The position numbers and the translations under genes were made by a program. Below are positions 16,163 to 24,421 of a stretch of DNA of 42,064 nt, piece after piece. The notes under the pieces are model-generated. The model was not told where the DNA came from and made no database searches. It saw nothing but the letters and a program-made list of their open reading frames with translations. Location: UHGV virus genome UHGV-0178365; one strand, written 5' to 3'. The first letter of the stretch is position 1; each line of letters opens with the position of its first letter. Source of the DNA: a virus.

Positions 16163-17709
16163 GATATGCCCTTCATTCTAACATAGCGGTCGATGATCTT
16201 CTGGATGTACGCGTGCCTCTCGTCGTCTCCGGCGCTGTTCAGGCGCCAATAGCGCTCGCTTCCGTGCCTGTTGAGCCAGATGCGCGCCTCCAGCTCCTCG
16301 TGCAGGATCGTGTCGACGAGCTCGGCGTCCCCGGGCTTGGCCTGCTTGCCGATGTAGACCGGGCCGGCGTACTTCCGGCCGTCGCCGTCGTAACCGACCT
16401 TCGTCAGCCCCGGAGTCCGGATCCTGCCGTTGTACGTCGGCGGCGCCGAGAACCTGACGCCGGCGAGCGCGCCCGATGTCAGCGCGTCGATCCTCTCCTG
16501 GCTCGCCGGGTGCCTGTAGCGCCCCGCGGCCTTCGCCTTCGCCGCGGCTCTCAGCGCCCTGGGCTGCGCGCCCACGCCGTAGGCCTTCTCGCGCGGGTAG
16601 TTGCGCACGAGGCCGCTCTCCTCGCAGTGCTTCCGCAGCGCCTGCTGCTGGCGGCCGAGGAGCAGGCGCTTCTGCGCGTAGCGGGGCGTCTCCAGCCCGA
16701 TGCCGGCCTGCTCCATGGCCGCTATCTCCCGCTTCGTCCCGCGCACGCGCCGCTCCAGCTCGCGCTGGCGCTGCATGGCCTCGTAGCACTCCTCCGACGT
16801 CATCCCGAAATGGCCGGACTCGCGCGGGAACGACAGGTCGGGCAGATCGGTGACGCCGGGGTAGTACGGCCCTATGGAGTGGCGGCAGTTGACCCCTTTG
16901 AGGCCGCCCACGCCGCCGTACCCGGTGAGCTGGACGAGTCCGGGGTACTGGACCCCTCCGACGAGCTTGGGGCCGGAGACGCAGCACGGGCGGCCCTGCC
17001 ACTCGGCATGGGACGGGCGAGCGCCGTAGTGGGCGGACGTTATCACGAGATCGTGGCCGATCGCGGCCAGGCGGGCGAGCGTCATGCGCCCCCCGGCCTG
17101 GGACGCCTGGCTCACGACGTGGCGGCGCACGGCCACGTCGATCTGGCTCATGATCCCGCTCTTGTAATCGATCGTCTCGACGCCGTGCGCCGCGATCCTG
17201 CAGACGGCGCGCGCCAGGATCCGGTCCAGGGGCTCGACGCCCAGGTTGCGCGCTGCTATCGCGTCGCCGGCGACCTCGTACCACAGCCGCTCCGCGGCGC
17301 CGGCCATGGCGATGTTCTGCCGCGCCACGATCTCGGCGAGGCCCAGGGCGGTTTGGTGGGAGATCTCCGCCCACGCCGCGGACGCGCCGTCCATGGCCCG
17401 AGCGACCGCCGCCGCTCCGTAGTACGCCTCCAGGTCCGACACGTCGCGCGCGTCGGCGCGCTCCAAGGCGGCCAGCGTGCGCGAGCGCACCTCGCCGGAC
17501 ACCTTCGAGGCGTGCTCGGCCAGGATCTGGTCGAGCCTCGCGCGGTTGGCCCTGGCGAGCGCTTCGAGCGCTTCCGCCTGGGAGCCTCCGATGATCCCGT
17601 CCGCCAGGCCGTCCACCAGCGCTCGCGTCAGGTCGGCGACCAGGCGCTCCTCCGCGCCGTGCACGATCGCGTCGGCCAGCGCTCCGACGTCCTCGGGCTC
17701 GACCGCCAT
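16159..17709 (-). CDS. Head morphogenesis protein (Mu F-like / SPP1 gp7-like) with a ~150-aa C-terminal extension
   Basis: GVNCRHSIGPYYPG motif typical of the Phage_Mu_F domain. Position after the portal. Confidence 0.7.
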   Translation of the reverse strand: MAVEPEDVGALADAIVHGAEERLVADLTRALVDGLADGIIGGSQAEALEALARANRARLDQILAEHASKVSGEVRSRTLAALERADARDVSDLEAYYGAAAVARAMDGASAAWAEISHQTALGLAEIVARQNIAMAGAAERLWYEVAGDAIAARNLGVEPLDRILARAVCRIAAHGVETIDYKSGIMSQIDVAVRRHVVSQASQAGGRMTLARLAAIGHDLVITSAHYGARPSHAEWQGRPCCVSGPKLVGGVQYPGLVQLTGYGGVGGLKGVNCRHSIGPYYPGVTDLPDLSFPRESGHFGMTSEECYEAMQRQRELERRVRGTKREIAAMEQAGIGLETPRYAQKRLLLGRQQQALRKHCEESGLVRNYPREKAYGVGAQPRALRAAAKAKAAGRYRHPASQERIDALTSGALAGVRFSAPPTYNGRIRTPGLTKVGYDGDGRKYAGPVYIGKQAKPGDAELVDTILHEELEARIWLNRHGSERYWRLNSAGDDERHAYIQKIIDRYVRMKGIS

Positions 17710-17712
17710 GGC

Positions 17713-19173
17713 TTAGGCCTCGACGGGGAGCGCGGAGGACGCGTCCGCGAGCCCGCACTCCTCGCGTGCCTCGTCCTCGCTGTAGCCCTGCCAGCGCACC
17801 ATGTAGCGCCACGGTGCCAGCAGGCCCGCCGCCACGTCGGCGCGGTCGCGCTCGCGAAGGCTGTCGTCGTCCTGGATGATCGAGTCGCCCATCACGACGT
17901 TGACCGCGCCCTCGATATCGGGGATCGCCAGGCCGCCCAGGCTGCGGAACACGGACGCAGCTGCCGTGACGATGCCCTCGATGGCGGGGCGCACGATCTG
18001 CTCGTGCTTGTGCACGGTGCGCATCATCTCGGCGTTGTCGGAGGCCACCTGCTTGGCCGTGGCCACGCCGCCCGACTCGTCCAGGGCGTAGTACTTGGTG
18101 CCGAACCCGCAGCGCTTGCCCAGCACCTGCAGCGCGGTGGACAGCATCCTCACGTCCTCGTCGGCGCGCAGGCTCGGGTTGTACTCGGTGATCATGGACC
18201 GCCCGTCCGCGTACACCGTCGCGTCCTTGAGGGCGACGTAGAACTGCAGGCGCTCCTCCTGGGGCAGCATCATCCGGCCGGTCGCCTCGTCGCGGCGCAG
18301 CATCGCCTCGGGAATCATCACCATCTTGCGCCCCAGCACCAGCTCGTTGCCGATGTTGTCGAACGCCAGCTCGGTCGTCTCGATCGCTCCCAGGGCCGCG
18401 TCGAACAGCGCCACGCCGAACGGCGACCCCTCCCAGTACGGGTTGTCGAGGGCGAGCGTGACCAGCTCGAACGTCTTGCGCGGCTGCCGCGTGCTGATCG
18501 CGCCGCCCGAGTAGCCGTCCGGCACGACCGTCTCGCCGTCGTCGCGGAAGAACCGGGTCATGATCTCGTAGTCTCCGCGGTCGTTCGGCCGGTGGACCTC
18601 GACCTGGGTCAGCAGCTCGCCGCGCACGGCGACCTGCGAGACGAACGCGCAGGCCGTGCACTCCTCGCCGTCCCAGTCCAGCGGCGCGATGTGGCGCGCG
18701 TCGTAGCGCTGCGGCGACACGCCGAGGCCGGGCGATTTGCCGACGACCTGCACGCCCCGCAGGTGCAGGGCCCACGCCCCCGTGCCGGTGGCGCACATGC
18801 GCTGCACGAGCTGCGGCGCGCCGTCGTCGAACCTGGTGCGCGCGAGCCAGCCCGCGAGCCACTCGGCGGCCTGGCCGGCTTGGCCGTCTTCGGCCACGCT
18901 CACGCTCGCCCGCTCGTTGTAGATCAGCCCGGCCATGTCCTCGCACACCATGCGCGCCGGCGTGCAGCTGCGCACCTTGACGGTGTGCGGGGTACCGTTG
19001 ACGTCGCGCAGCTCGCTGACGTAGAAGTCGGCCTCGGACCTGTAGTAGCGCCACCACTCGTCCACGAACCCGCTCATGGGGGTCTCGATGCAGGCCGCCG
19101 GGTATCCGAGCCCCTGCAGCCACCTCTCGGCCGCGCCCCTCCAGCCGCCGCCCTCCGTCGCGATCTTTGCCAT
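17713..19173 (-). CDS. Portal protein
   Basis: 486 aa after the terminase. Start MAKIATEGG with TAAGGAGACAGG RBS. The longer ORF in the track is an overextension. Confidence 0.75.
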   Translation of the reverse strand: MAKIATEGGGWRGAAERWLQGLGYPAACIETPMSGFVDEWWRYYRSEADFYVSELRDVNGTPHTVKVRSCTPARMVCEDMAGLIYNERASVSVAEDGQAGQAAEWLAGWLARTRFDDGAPQLVQRMCATGTGAWALHLRGVQVVGKSPGLGVSPQRYDARHIAPLDWDGEECTACAFVSQVAVRGELLTQVEVHRPNDRGDYEIMTRFFRDDGETVVPDGYSGGAISTRQPRKTFELVTLALDNPYWEGSPFGVALFDAALGAIETTELAFDNIGNELVLGRKMVMIPEAMLRRDEATGRMMLPQEERLQFYVALKDATVYADGRSMITEYNPSLRADEDVRMLSTALQVLGKRCGFGTKYYALDESGGVATAKQVASDNAEMMRTVHKHEQIVRPAIEGIVTAAASVFRSLGGLAIPDIEGAVNVVMGDSIIQDDDSLRERDRADVAAGLLAPWRYMVRWQGYSEDEAREECGLADASSALPVEA

Positions 19174-19184
19174 TGCCTGTCTCC

Positions 19185-20873
19185 TTACGGTGTGTCGGGG
19201 TCTGCTATGAGGTCGAACACCGCGTAGCGCACGGCGTCGATAGCATGGTTGTCCTTGTCCGGGTAGCCGGCGAAACGGCCCTCCTTGTCGAGGAGGGCGC
19301 GGTAGCGGACGAACTCCTGGTAGGCGAGGGGCGCGCGGCGGCGGTCGATCGCGATGCGCGCGCGCCCCTTGAGCCACACGATGCCGTCCGCGACGGGGAC
19401 GCGCTTCGACGCGCCCACGGCGTTGATGCCGTAGGCGCGGTAGTCCGCGATGCTCTTGCGCTCCGCGATGTCGCAGCGCACCTCGTTGGCCGGCAGGTCG
19501 CGGCGGAACACGGGCTCGCCGTCCTCGTCTCGGATCGGCCGCCCGTCGGATCCCCGCTCCGCCAGGTGCTCCTTGACGACGGCCGCCGTGTCGGCGTTGA
19601 GCATGTGGTGGCGCCACTCCTCTCCGTAGATGACGAGCTCGCGCCGCTTGCGGTCGTAGGCCACGTCGAGGAGCACCCAGGGATCCGTCTCGTATCCCCA
19701 GTCCAGGCCGCGCCGGATCCAGCGGAACTCCGCGATCTCCTCGTCGGTGACGGTCCGCTCCTCGACGTTGCGGAAGACGCGGCCCTGGAGCTCTATGCAC
19801 TCGCCGTCCAGCTCGTTCCTCGCCGCCTCGGGGCTCTCGCGGTACATGCGCTCGGCGTTGGCGACGAAGCGCGCGCCCAGGAACTCCTCGGGCACGTCGC
19901 GCCAGGTGGAATGGTGCACGAGGACGGCGGGGTCGTCCGCCTTGTCGGCGGCCTCGCGATTGGCCCAGTGCTCCGAATCCGGGGGCGGGTTGAACAGCTT
20001 GAACTCCAGGCCGTAGTCGGCGCGCAGCACCGAGTACTCGACGTTGCGCACGTCGGCCGGGTCGAACTGGGAGTACTCCTCCCACGTCAGGATCTCGATC
20101 TTCTTGCGCGGGTCGTCGAACGTGATGGACTTGAGCTTCTCAGGATCGTCCAGGCCGCTGAACAGGATCTTCTGCCCGGTGGCGTTGTAGACGACCTCCA
20201 TGGGCGACACCGATGCCGTGAAATCCGCGTCCTCGCCGGAGCGCCCGATCGTCATGCCGCGCTTTCGGATCGCCCACAGCACGTTGGCGAAGCAGCTTCG
20301 GCGCAGCGTGTTGGCGTAGCGGCGCATGCACAGCCACATGGAGTCGGGGCGCGAGAGGAACACGTCGAGCTGCTTTTGATACGCGTAGCTGGACTTGGCC
20401 GAGCCGCGCCCGCCTTTGAGGACGACCTCCTGGATGCCGGCCTCGACGGCGCGGGAGACCGCGCAGAACGTCGGGGCGATGGCGGCGGACAGGTCGAACG
20501 GGGGAGCCTGGCGGGCCGCGGGATCCGCGTCCTCCCGCTCAGCCTGCCGGTCGGAGTCGAGCAGCGCCATGTTCTTCGACAGCGCCTCGTAGGCCTTGAC
20601 GTCGCCCTCGGCGGCGCGCATCACCATCGTGGCGGTGACGGCGGCGGCGTTGGTGCGCTCGTCGGGATCCAGCCCCATCAGCTCCATCGCCTTGTTGTGC
20701 TTCGGCGACGCCGAGTCCATCGACAGGATCAGCCGCGCGGCCTCCTTGAGGCTCGCCAGCTCGCGCCTGCGCGCGCCCGAGCGCAGCCCGCCGGCGCGCC
20801 CCTTCTCCCGCGCTTCGCTCGTGCTTCGGATCTTGTGGGGCTCTATGTTCTCGGGATTCGCCATGCCGGGCAT
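19185..20873 (-). CDS. Terminase large subunit with a ~140-aa N-terminal extension (possibly a small-subunit-like domain)
   Basis: Walker A VLKGGRGSAKSS and nuclease motif DKDNHAIDAVRYA. Start codon uncertain: 20873, 20864, or further upstream. Confidence 0.8.
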   Translation of the reverse strand: MPGMANPENIEPHKIRSTSEAREKGRAGGLRSGARRRELASLKEAARLILSMDSASPKHNKAMELMGLDPDERTNAAAVTATMVMRAAEGDVKAYEALSKNMALLDSDRQAEREDADPAARQAPPFDLSAAIAPTFCAVSRAVEAGIQEVVLKGGRGSAKSSYAYQKQLDVFLSRPDSMWLCMRRYANTLRRSCFANVLWAIRKRGMTIGRSGEDADFTASVSPMEVVYNATGQKILFSGLDDPEKLKSITFDDPRKKIEILTWEEYSQFDPADVRNVEYSVLRADYGLEFKLFNPPPDSEHWANREAADKADDPAVLVHHSTWRDVPEEFLGARFVANAERMYRESPEAARNELDGECIELQGRVFRNVEERTVTDEEIAEFRWIRRGLDWGYETDPWVLLDVAYDRKRRELVIYGEEWRHHMLNADTAAVVKEHLAERGSDGRPIRDEDGEPVFRRDLPANEVRCDIAERKSIADYRAYGINAVGASKRVPVADGIVWLKGRARIAIDRRRAPLAYQEFVRYRALLDKEGRFAGYPDKDNHAIDAVRYAVFDLIADPDTP

Positions 20874-20977
20874 CTTGCCAGGCGCGTCACACGGATGCGC
20901 CCCGCCGGAGGGGGACGGCGGGGCGCGAAGAGGAGGGTGCCGACACGTCGTCGGCACGTTGCATGATGGGGGAGATG

Positions 20978-21883
20978 TCACCCCAGCGAGCGCACGAGAG
21001 CCCGCTCCCTGTCGGACAGCTCCCATCTGCACGCCGATGCGCGCTCTGCTGCGGCGCGCTCTGCTGCGGCGCGCTCTGCTGCGGCGCGCTCTGCTGCGGC
21101 GCGCTCTGCTGCGGCGCGCTCTGCGCGCTCATGGTGCCCCGCCGCCTCGTCCGACAGCAGCAGCCCTCCTCCGTAGATCCTCTTCCCGGCTTCGCGCTGG
21201 GCGTCCAGGGCGCTCACGCGCGCGCAGTCTCCCGGCTTGACCTCCAGGCGCACGCCGTACTTGGCGTACTTCCCGAGCATGGCCGCCGTCAGCACGTGGC
21301 TCGGATACGAGTACTTCGGGAGCCGCTGCCTCTCCTTCGACCGCCTCTCGTCCTGGACGCGCTTCACGGCGCGGAATAGGTCCGGCGCTGTCTCCGCCAC
21401 GTTGTCGCCGAACGACGTGACGAACGAGGTGCGCACGACTGCGCCGTTGTGGTACTCGATGTCGCAATCGGCGAACACGTGGTTCGTGCGCATGCACGTC
21501 TTCGCGCCGCTGAGCGCCGTCAAGGCCGGGGCGAACAGGAAGAAGCCGATCCCGCGGTCCAGGTAGAACTCGCATATCTTGGACAGGATCGAGAACGGCG
21601 GGTTGTCGAGCACCGTGCAGCCCTCCGGATAGTCGAACGACTCGTAGTCGCCTCCTGGCCAGAACGGGCGCACGATGCCGCTCGGATCGATACCGAACCG
21701 CTCGCACGCCCAATCACTCACGCAGTCGTAGACGTCGGGAGGGGTGTAGCAGTCGTCGGTGGTCTTCTTCGGCTTGAACTTCTCCACGAACCCGTCGTAG
21801 TCCTCGAACAGGTGCTTCTGCTTGCTTGTCGACGCCATGGCCCTCCTATCGCCTCGCTTCGTACGGCGGCGATTGTCCGCCAC
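20978..21883 (-). CDS. Phage Dam-like DNA N6-adenine methyltransferase carrying a C-terminal (ERAAA)x5 repeat
   Basis: TVLDNPPFS (motif IV, N/DPPF/Y). Upstream segment CYTPPDVYDCVSDW. The repeat is encoded by the 15-bp tandem array. Confidence 0.6.
   Translation of the reverse strand: MADNRRRTKRGDRRAMASTSKQKHLFEDYDGFVEKFKPKKTTDDCYTPPDVYDCVSDWACERFGIDPSGIVRPFWPGGDYESFDYPEGCTVLDNPPFSILSKICEFYLDRGIGFFLFAPALTALSGAKTCMRTNHVFADCDIEYHNGAVVRTSFVTSFGDNVAETAPDLFRAVKRVQDERRSKERQRLPKYSYPSHVLTAAMLGKYAKYGVRLEVKPGDCARVSALDAQREAGKRIYGGGLLLSDEAAGHHERAERAAAERAAAERAAAERAAAERAAAERASACRWELSDRERALVRSLG
21041..21130 (-). repeat. Tandem repeat: GCGCTCTGCTGCGGC in 5 perfect copies plus 1 partial; 15-bp, in-frame
   Basis: Seen directly in sequence. 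Encodes ERAAA repeats in the MTase frame and QQSAP in another frame. Confidence 0.9.
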
Positions 21884-21886
21884 AGG

Positions 21887-22183
21887 TCACCCGGTCCATC
21901 GGGACAGCTCCTGCACGTCCATGTCGAGCCGCATCGCCAGCAGGTACTCGGTCTGCGCGCCGCGGCTCCCCCTCCATCCGGGCAGCAGGCACACGCCGTC
22001 GCATTCGGCCAGCAGCGCGACGCAGCGCCTCATGGCGACGTGCCATTCCGCCTGGGCGGGGACGTGCCGGTGCGGCACGACCGGGACGTGGCCGGCCTGC
22101 ACGAGCTGCTTCGCCGCATGCTCGAACATCGCCAGGTTGCGCCTCGGCCTGCCTGTCACGGGACCCGCCACGTACACCCTCAT
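21887..22183 (-). CDS. DUF4406 / nucleoside 2-deoxyribosyltransferase-like protein
   Basis: MRVYVAGPVTG N-terminus. ATGA overlap with the upstream gene. Confidence 0.4.
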   Translation of the reverse strand: MRVYVAGPVTGRPRRNLAMFEHAAKQLVQAGHVPVVPHRHVPAQAEWHVAMRRCVALLAECDGVCLLPGWRGSRGAQTEYLLAMRLDMDVQELSRWTG

Positions 22184-22572
22184 AGCTCCTCCATCCTCAC
22201 GTAGATGCCGGCCGGGTCGCTCCACAGCTTGGAAGTCGAATGCAGCGCGACGCGGCTGTCGTTCTCGAAGTAGCCGAGCTTGGCCATGATGTCGAACACG
22301 GTCTTCTCCACGTTGTCCGCGTCGGGCTTGACGGCGTGCCACGATCCCTGGGCGTGCTTGCCGCCCGTCGGCCAGCAGATGCGCATCTCCACCGCCACGG
22401 GGCCGTCAAACGGCTTCTGCGGGGCATGTTTTGCAAGATGCGCCTCCCACTTCGCCTCGGCCGCTTCCAGCGCCCCAGATTTGCCGAGAACCGCCTTTCC
22501 GGCGATCCTGTGGATCTCCATGTCGTTGTGCGTCGCGGTCGGCGGCACCATCGGCTCGAAGAACTCGATCAT
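22180..22572 (-). CDS. rusA: RusA-like Holliday junction resolvase
   Basis: VKPDADNVEKTVFDIMAKLGYFENDSRV matches the RusA D-x-DN...D...DD motif. 130 aa. Confidence 0.6.
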   Translation of the reverse strand: MIEFFEPMVPPTATHNDMEIHRIAGKAVLGKSGALEAAEAKWEAHLAKHAPQKPFDGPVAVEMRICWPTGGKHAQGSWHAVKPDADNVEKTVFDIMAKLGYFENDSRVALHSTSKLWSDPAGIYVRMEEL

Positions 22573-22988
22573 CGCTCCACCTTCCTCGCCTCCGCCCAGA
22601 ACCCGCACGTCGCCTGCGCGCCCTGGATCTCGTTGTCGCGCATCAGGGCCTCGTACTTGGCCTCTCCGTAGCGCTTCTTGCGGCGCTCCCGGTCGCGCAG
22701 CACGTTGGCCACGAGCACGTCCGCCTCGTCGATCGGGTAGTAGTGCCGCGGGCACCTGCCGTCGTGGTCGTGCCAGCGCTTTTTGATCCACGGGCCGATG
22801 TTGTAGCGGTAGGCGAGGTGCTTCTTGCCGCGATGGTCGCTGATCCTGATCGAGTTGCACATGCCGCAGTCGAGCTTGAGGTAGACGCTGGACGTGCTGT
22901 AGGCGTCGTAGCGGTGCACGGTGAAGCCCTCGGCCAGGAACCGATCGGACAGGCTGTCCGCGAGCGCCTTGAAGTCGCAGCCGCTCAT
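22569..22988 (-). CDS. Hypothetical protein
   Basis: Start MSGCDF with ATGA coupling. The Arg-rich upstream part of the track ORF is discarded. Confidence 0.35.
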   Translation of the reverse strand: MSGCDFKALADSLSDRFLAEGFTVHRYDAYSTSSVYLKLDCGMCNSIRISDHRGKKHLAYRYNIGPWIKKRWHDHDGRCPRHYYPIDEADVLVANVLRDRERRKKRYGEAKYEALMRDNEIQGAQATCGFWAEARKVER

Positions 22989-23374
22989 GCCCCGTCCACC
23001 TCCTCGATCACGGCGGCGCAGTAACCGTACGACGCATCGCCTCCGGACAGCCGTACGGCGCACCTCTCGCACGCGCAGCTTCCGAAGTGCTCGATCCTGC
23101 TGCAAACGAGCTGCAGCGCCTTGGCCCGGTACCTGTCCCGCTCGTCCTGCGCGCGGAGCATCGCGCGCCGGTGGCGCGCCGACAGCATCCTGACCCGCTC
23201 GAACAGCCTCTGCTTGGATTCGGCGGCGCGCCTCCATTCGTCCCGCTCGGCCTCCGCCATGCGCAGCATGTCGCAGCTGCACCAAGCGGCTGGCACCCTG
23301 TCGGCGCAGTGCGTCACGTCGGCGTGCCCGCACGCCTGCTCGTGGCCGCATCCCGGGCAAACGCTCTTCATCAT
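22985..23374 (-). CDS. Cys-rich hypothetical protein
   Basis: CPGCGHEQACGH...C..C cluster. Confidence 0.3.
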   Translation of the reverse strand: MMKSVCPGCGHEQACGHADVTHCADRVPAAWCSCDMLRMAEAERDEWRRAAESKQRLFERVRMLSARHRRAMLRAQDERDRYRAKALQLVCSRIEHFGSCACERCAVRLSGGDASYGYCAAVIEEVDGA

Positions 23375-23668
23375 CGGTCGTCGTCCTTCCTCTTCGCTTC
23401 CCATTCGTCTCTCAAAAGCCCGTACACCCCGACGAGCACCCATGCGCAGAACGCTGCGAGCGGGGCCGTCGATGCGAGCAGCAACCACGCCGATGTCATG
23501 ACGCATCGCCCCCGTCCAGCTCGCGCAGCACTTCCTCGGCCAGCTCCCGCGCGTCCTCGCCCGCGTCCTCGTAGTCGAGCACGACCCGGCAAAGCGCGAC
23601 CACGCCGTCCGTCCGCTCCTTGAGGCACGCGAGCAGCGACGAGAGATCCCATCCGTCGTAGAGCGCGC

Positions 23669-24109
23669 TCATGACGCATCGCCTCCCTTCCCAGGGCGCT
23701 TGTAGCGGTAGTCGCGGCCGCATCCGGCGCAGCGCAGCGCCTCGTACCCTTCGGCGTCCGCCGACGCGAGGCGCCAGTACCCGTCGTAGAGGCATGTCGG
23801 GCAGTACGGCACGTCGCTCACCTGCTTCGGGACGTCCCCGTCCTCGACGGCCTCCCGGATGCGCCCGGCGGTCTCGGCCTGCCACGACCCGTAGTCCGCG
23901 TCCTCCTCGAGCTTCGCCGCGATCCTCAGCAGCGCCGCGACGTCCACTCCCTGCCTGAGGTAGCCGCGCTCGGCGGCGATCCGGTCGAACAGCTCGGCGT
24001 CGATCTTGCCCGCCATGTCGCGGATGGCCTCCTCGTCGAACCGCATGGTGGCGAGGACGCCGCCCTCGTCCGCCACTATGTCCGTCCTCACGATCCTGTC
24101 GAAATGCAT
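23669..24109 (-). CDS. Hypothetical protein (ends GGDAS within a junction motif)
   Basis: 146 aa, first gene after the putative origin. Confidence 0.35.
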   Translation of the reverse strand: MHFDRIVRTDIVADEGGVLATMRFDEEAIRDMAGKIDAELFDRIAAERGYLRQGVDVAALLRIAAKLEEDADYGSWQAETAGRIREAVEDGDVPKQVSDVPYCPTCLYDGYWRLASADAEGYEALRCAGCGRDYRYKRPGKGGDAS

Positions 24110-24421
24110 AATTGCTACCTTCTTCCTGTCAATTTGTTCGAATCTCGCCGCTTGTCAAGGGCAGGGGAAGGGAGGACGGCGGGCGCAGCTTTAGCCCGCC
24201 TTCCTTCACCCCTTGACCCCAGGGAAAGGGAATCTATACCCCCCGTAGGGGGGTACTTTTTCCTTCCCTCGGAAAAAAGCCGGATTGCCCGCTTTTTTCC
24301 CTCGCAGGGAAAAGAAGGAAAATCCCCGCTTCGCGTCTTTTTTGACGGAAGGAAAAAAGCGTCGCTTCGCGTCTGAAAAGCCGTCGGGAAGGGAAAGAAA
24401 AAACCCGCTTTTTTCCTTCCG
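24110..24421. repeat. AT-rich, repeat-dense intergenic region: GGAAGGAAAAAAGC-type iterons, inverted repeats and CGCTTCGCGTCT x2; putative replication origin
   Basis: About 310 bp non-coding between the primase-helicase and the next gene. Multiple direct and inverted copies seen in sequence. Confidence 0.45.

Noticed and set aside
16178-19227. Very long antisense ORFs (about 1000 aa each) opposite the portal/MuF genes, and similar ones such as 25121..28336, 11723..13588, 29019..31790 and 4017..6584
   Set aside because: They are Arg/Ala/Gly-rich low-complexity translations, typical of antisense frames in 65-70% GC DNA. The sense-strand genes carry the recognisable phage motifs.
20887-21132. 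An ORF encoding a (QQSAP)6 repeat
   Set aside because: It is the same strand but a different frame of the 15-bp tandem repeat. The methyltransferase frame, with its NPPF motif, is the real gene.
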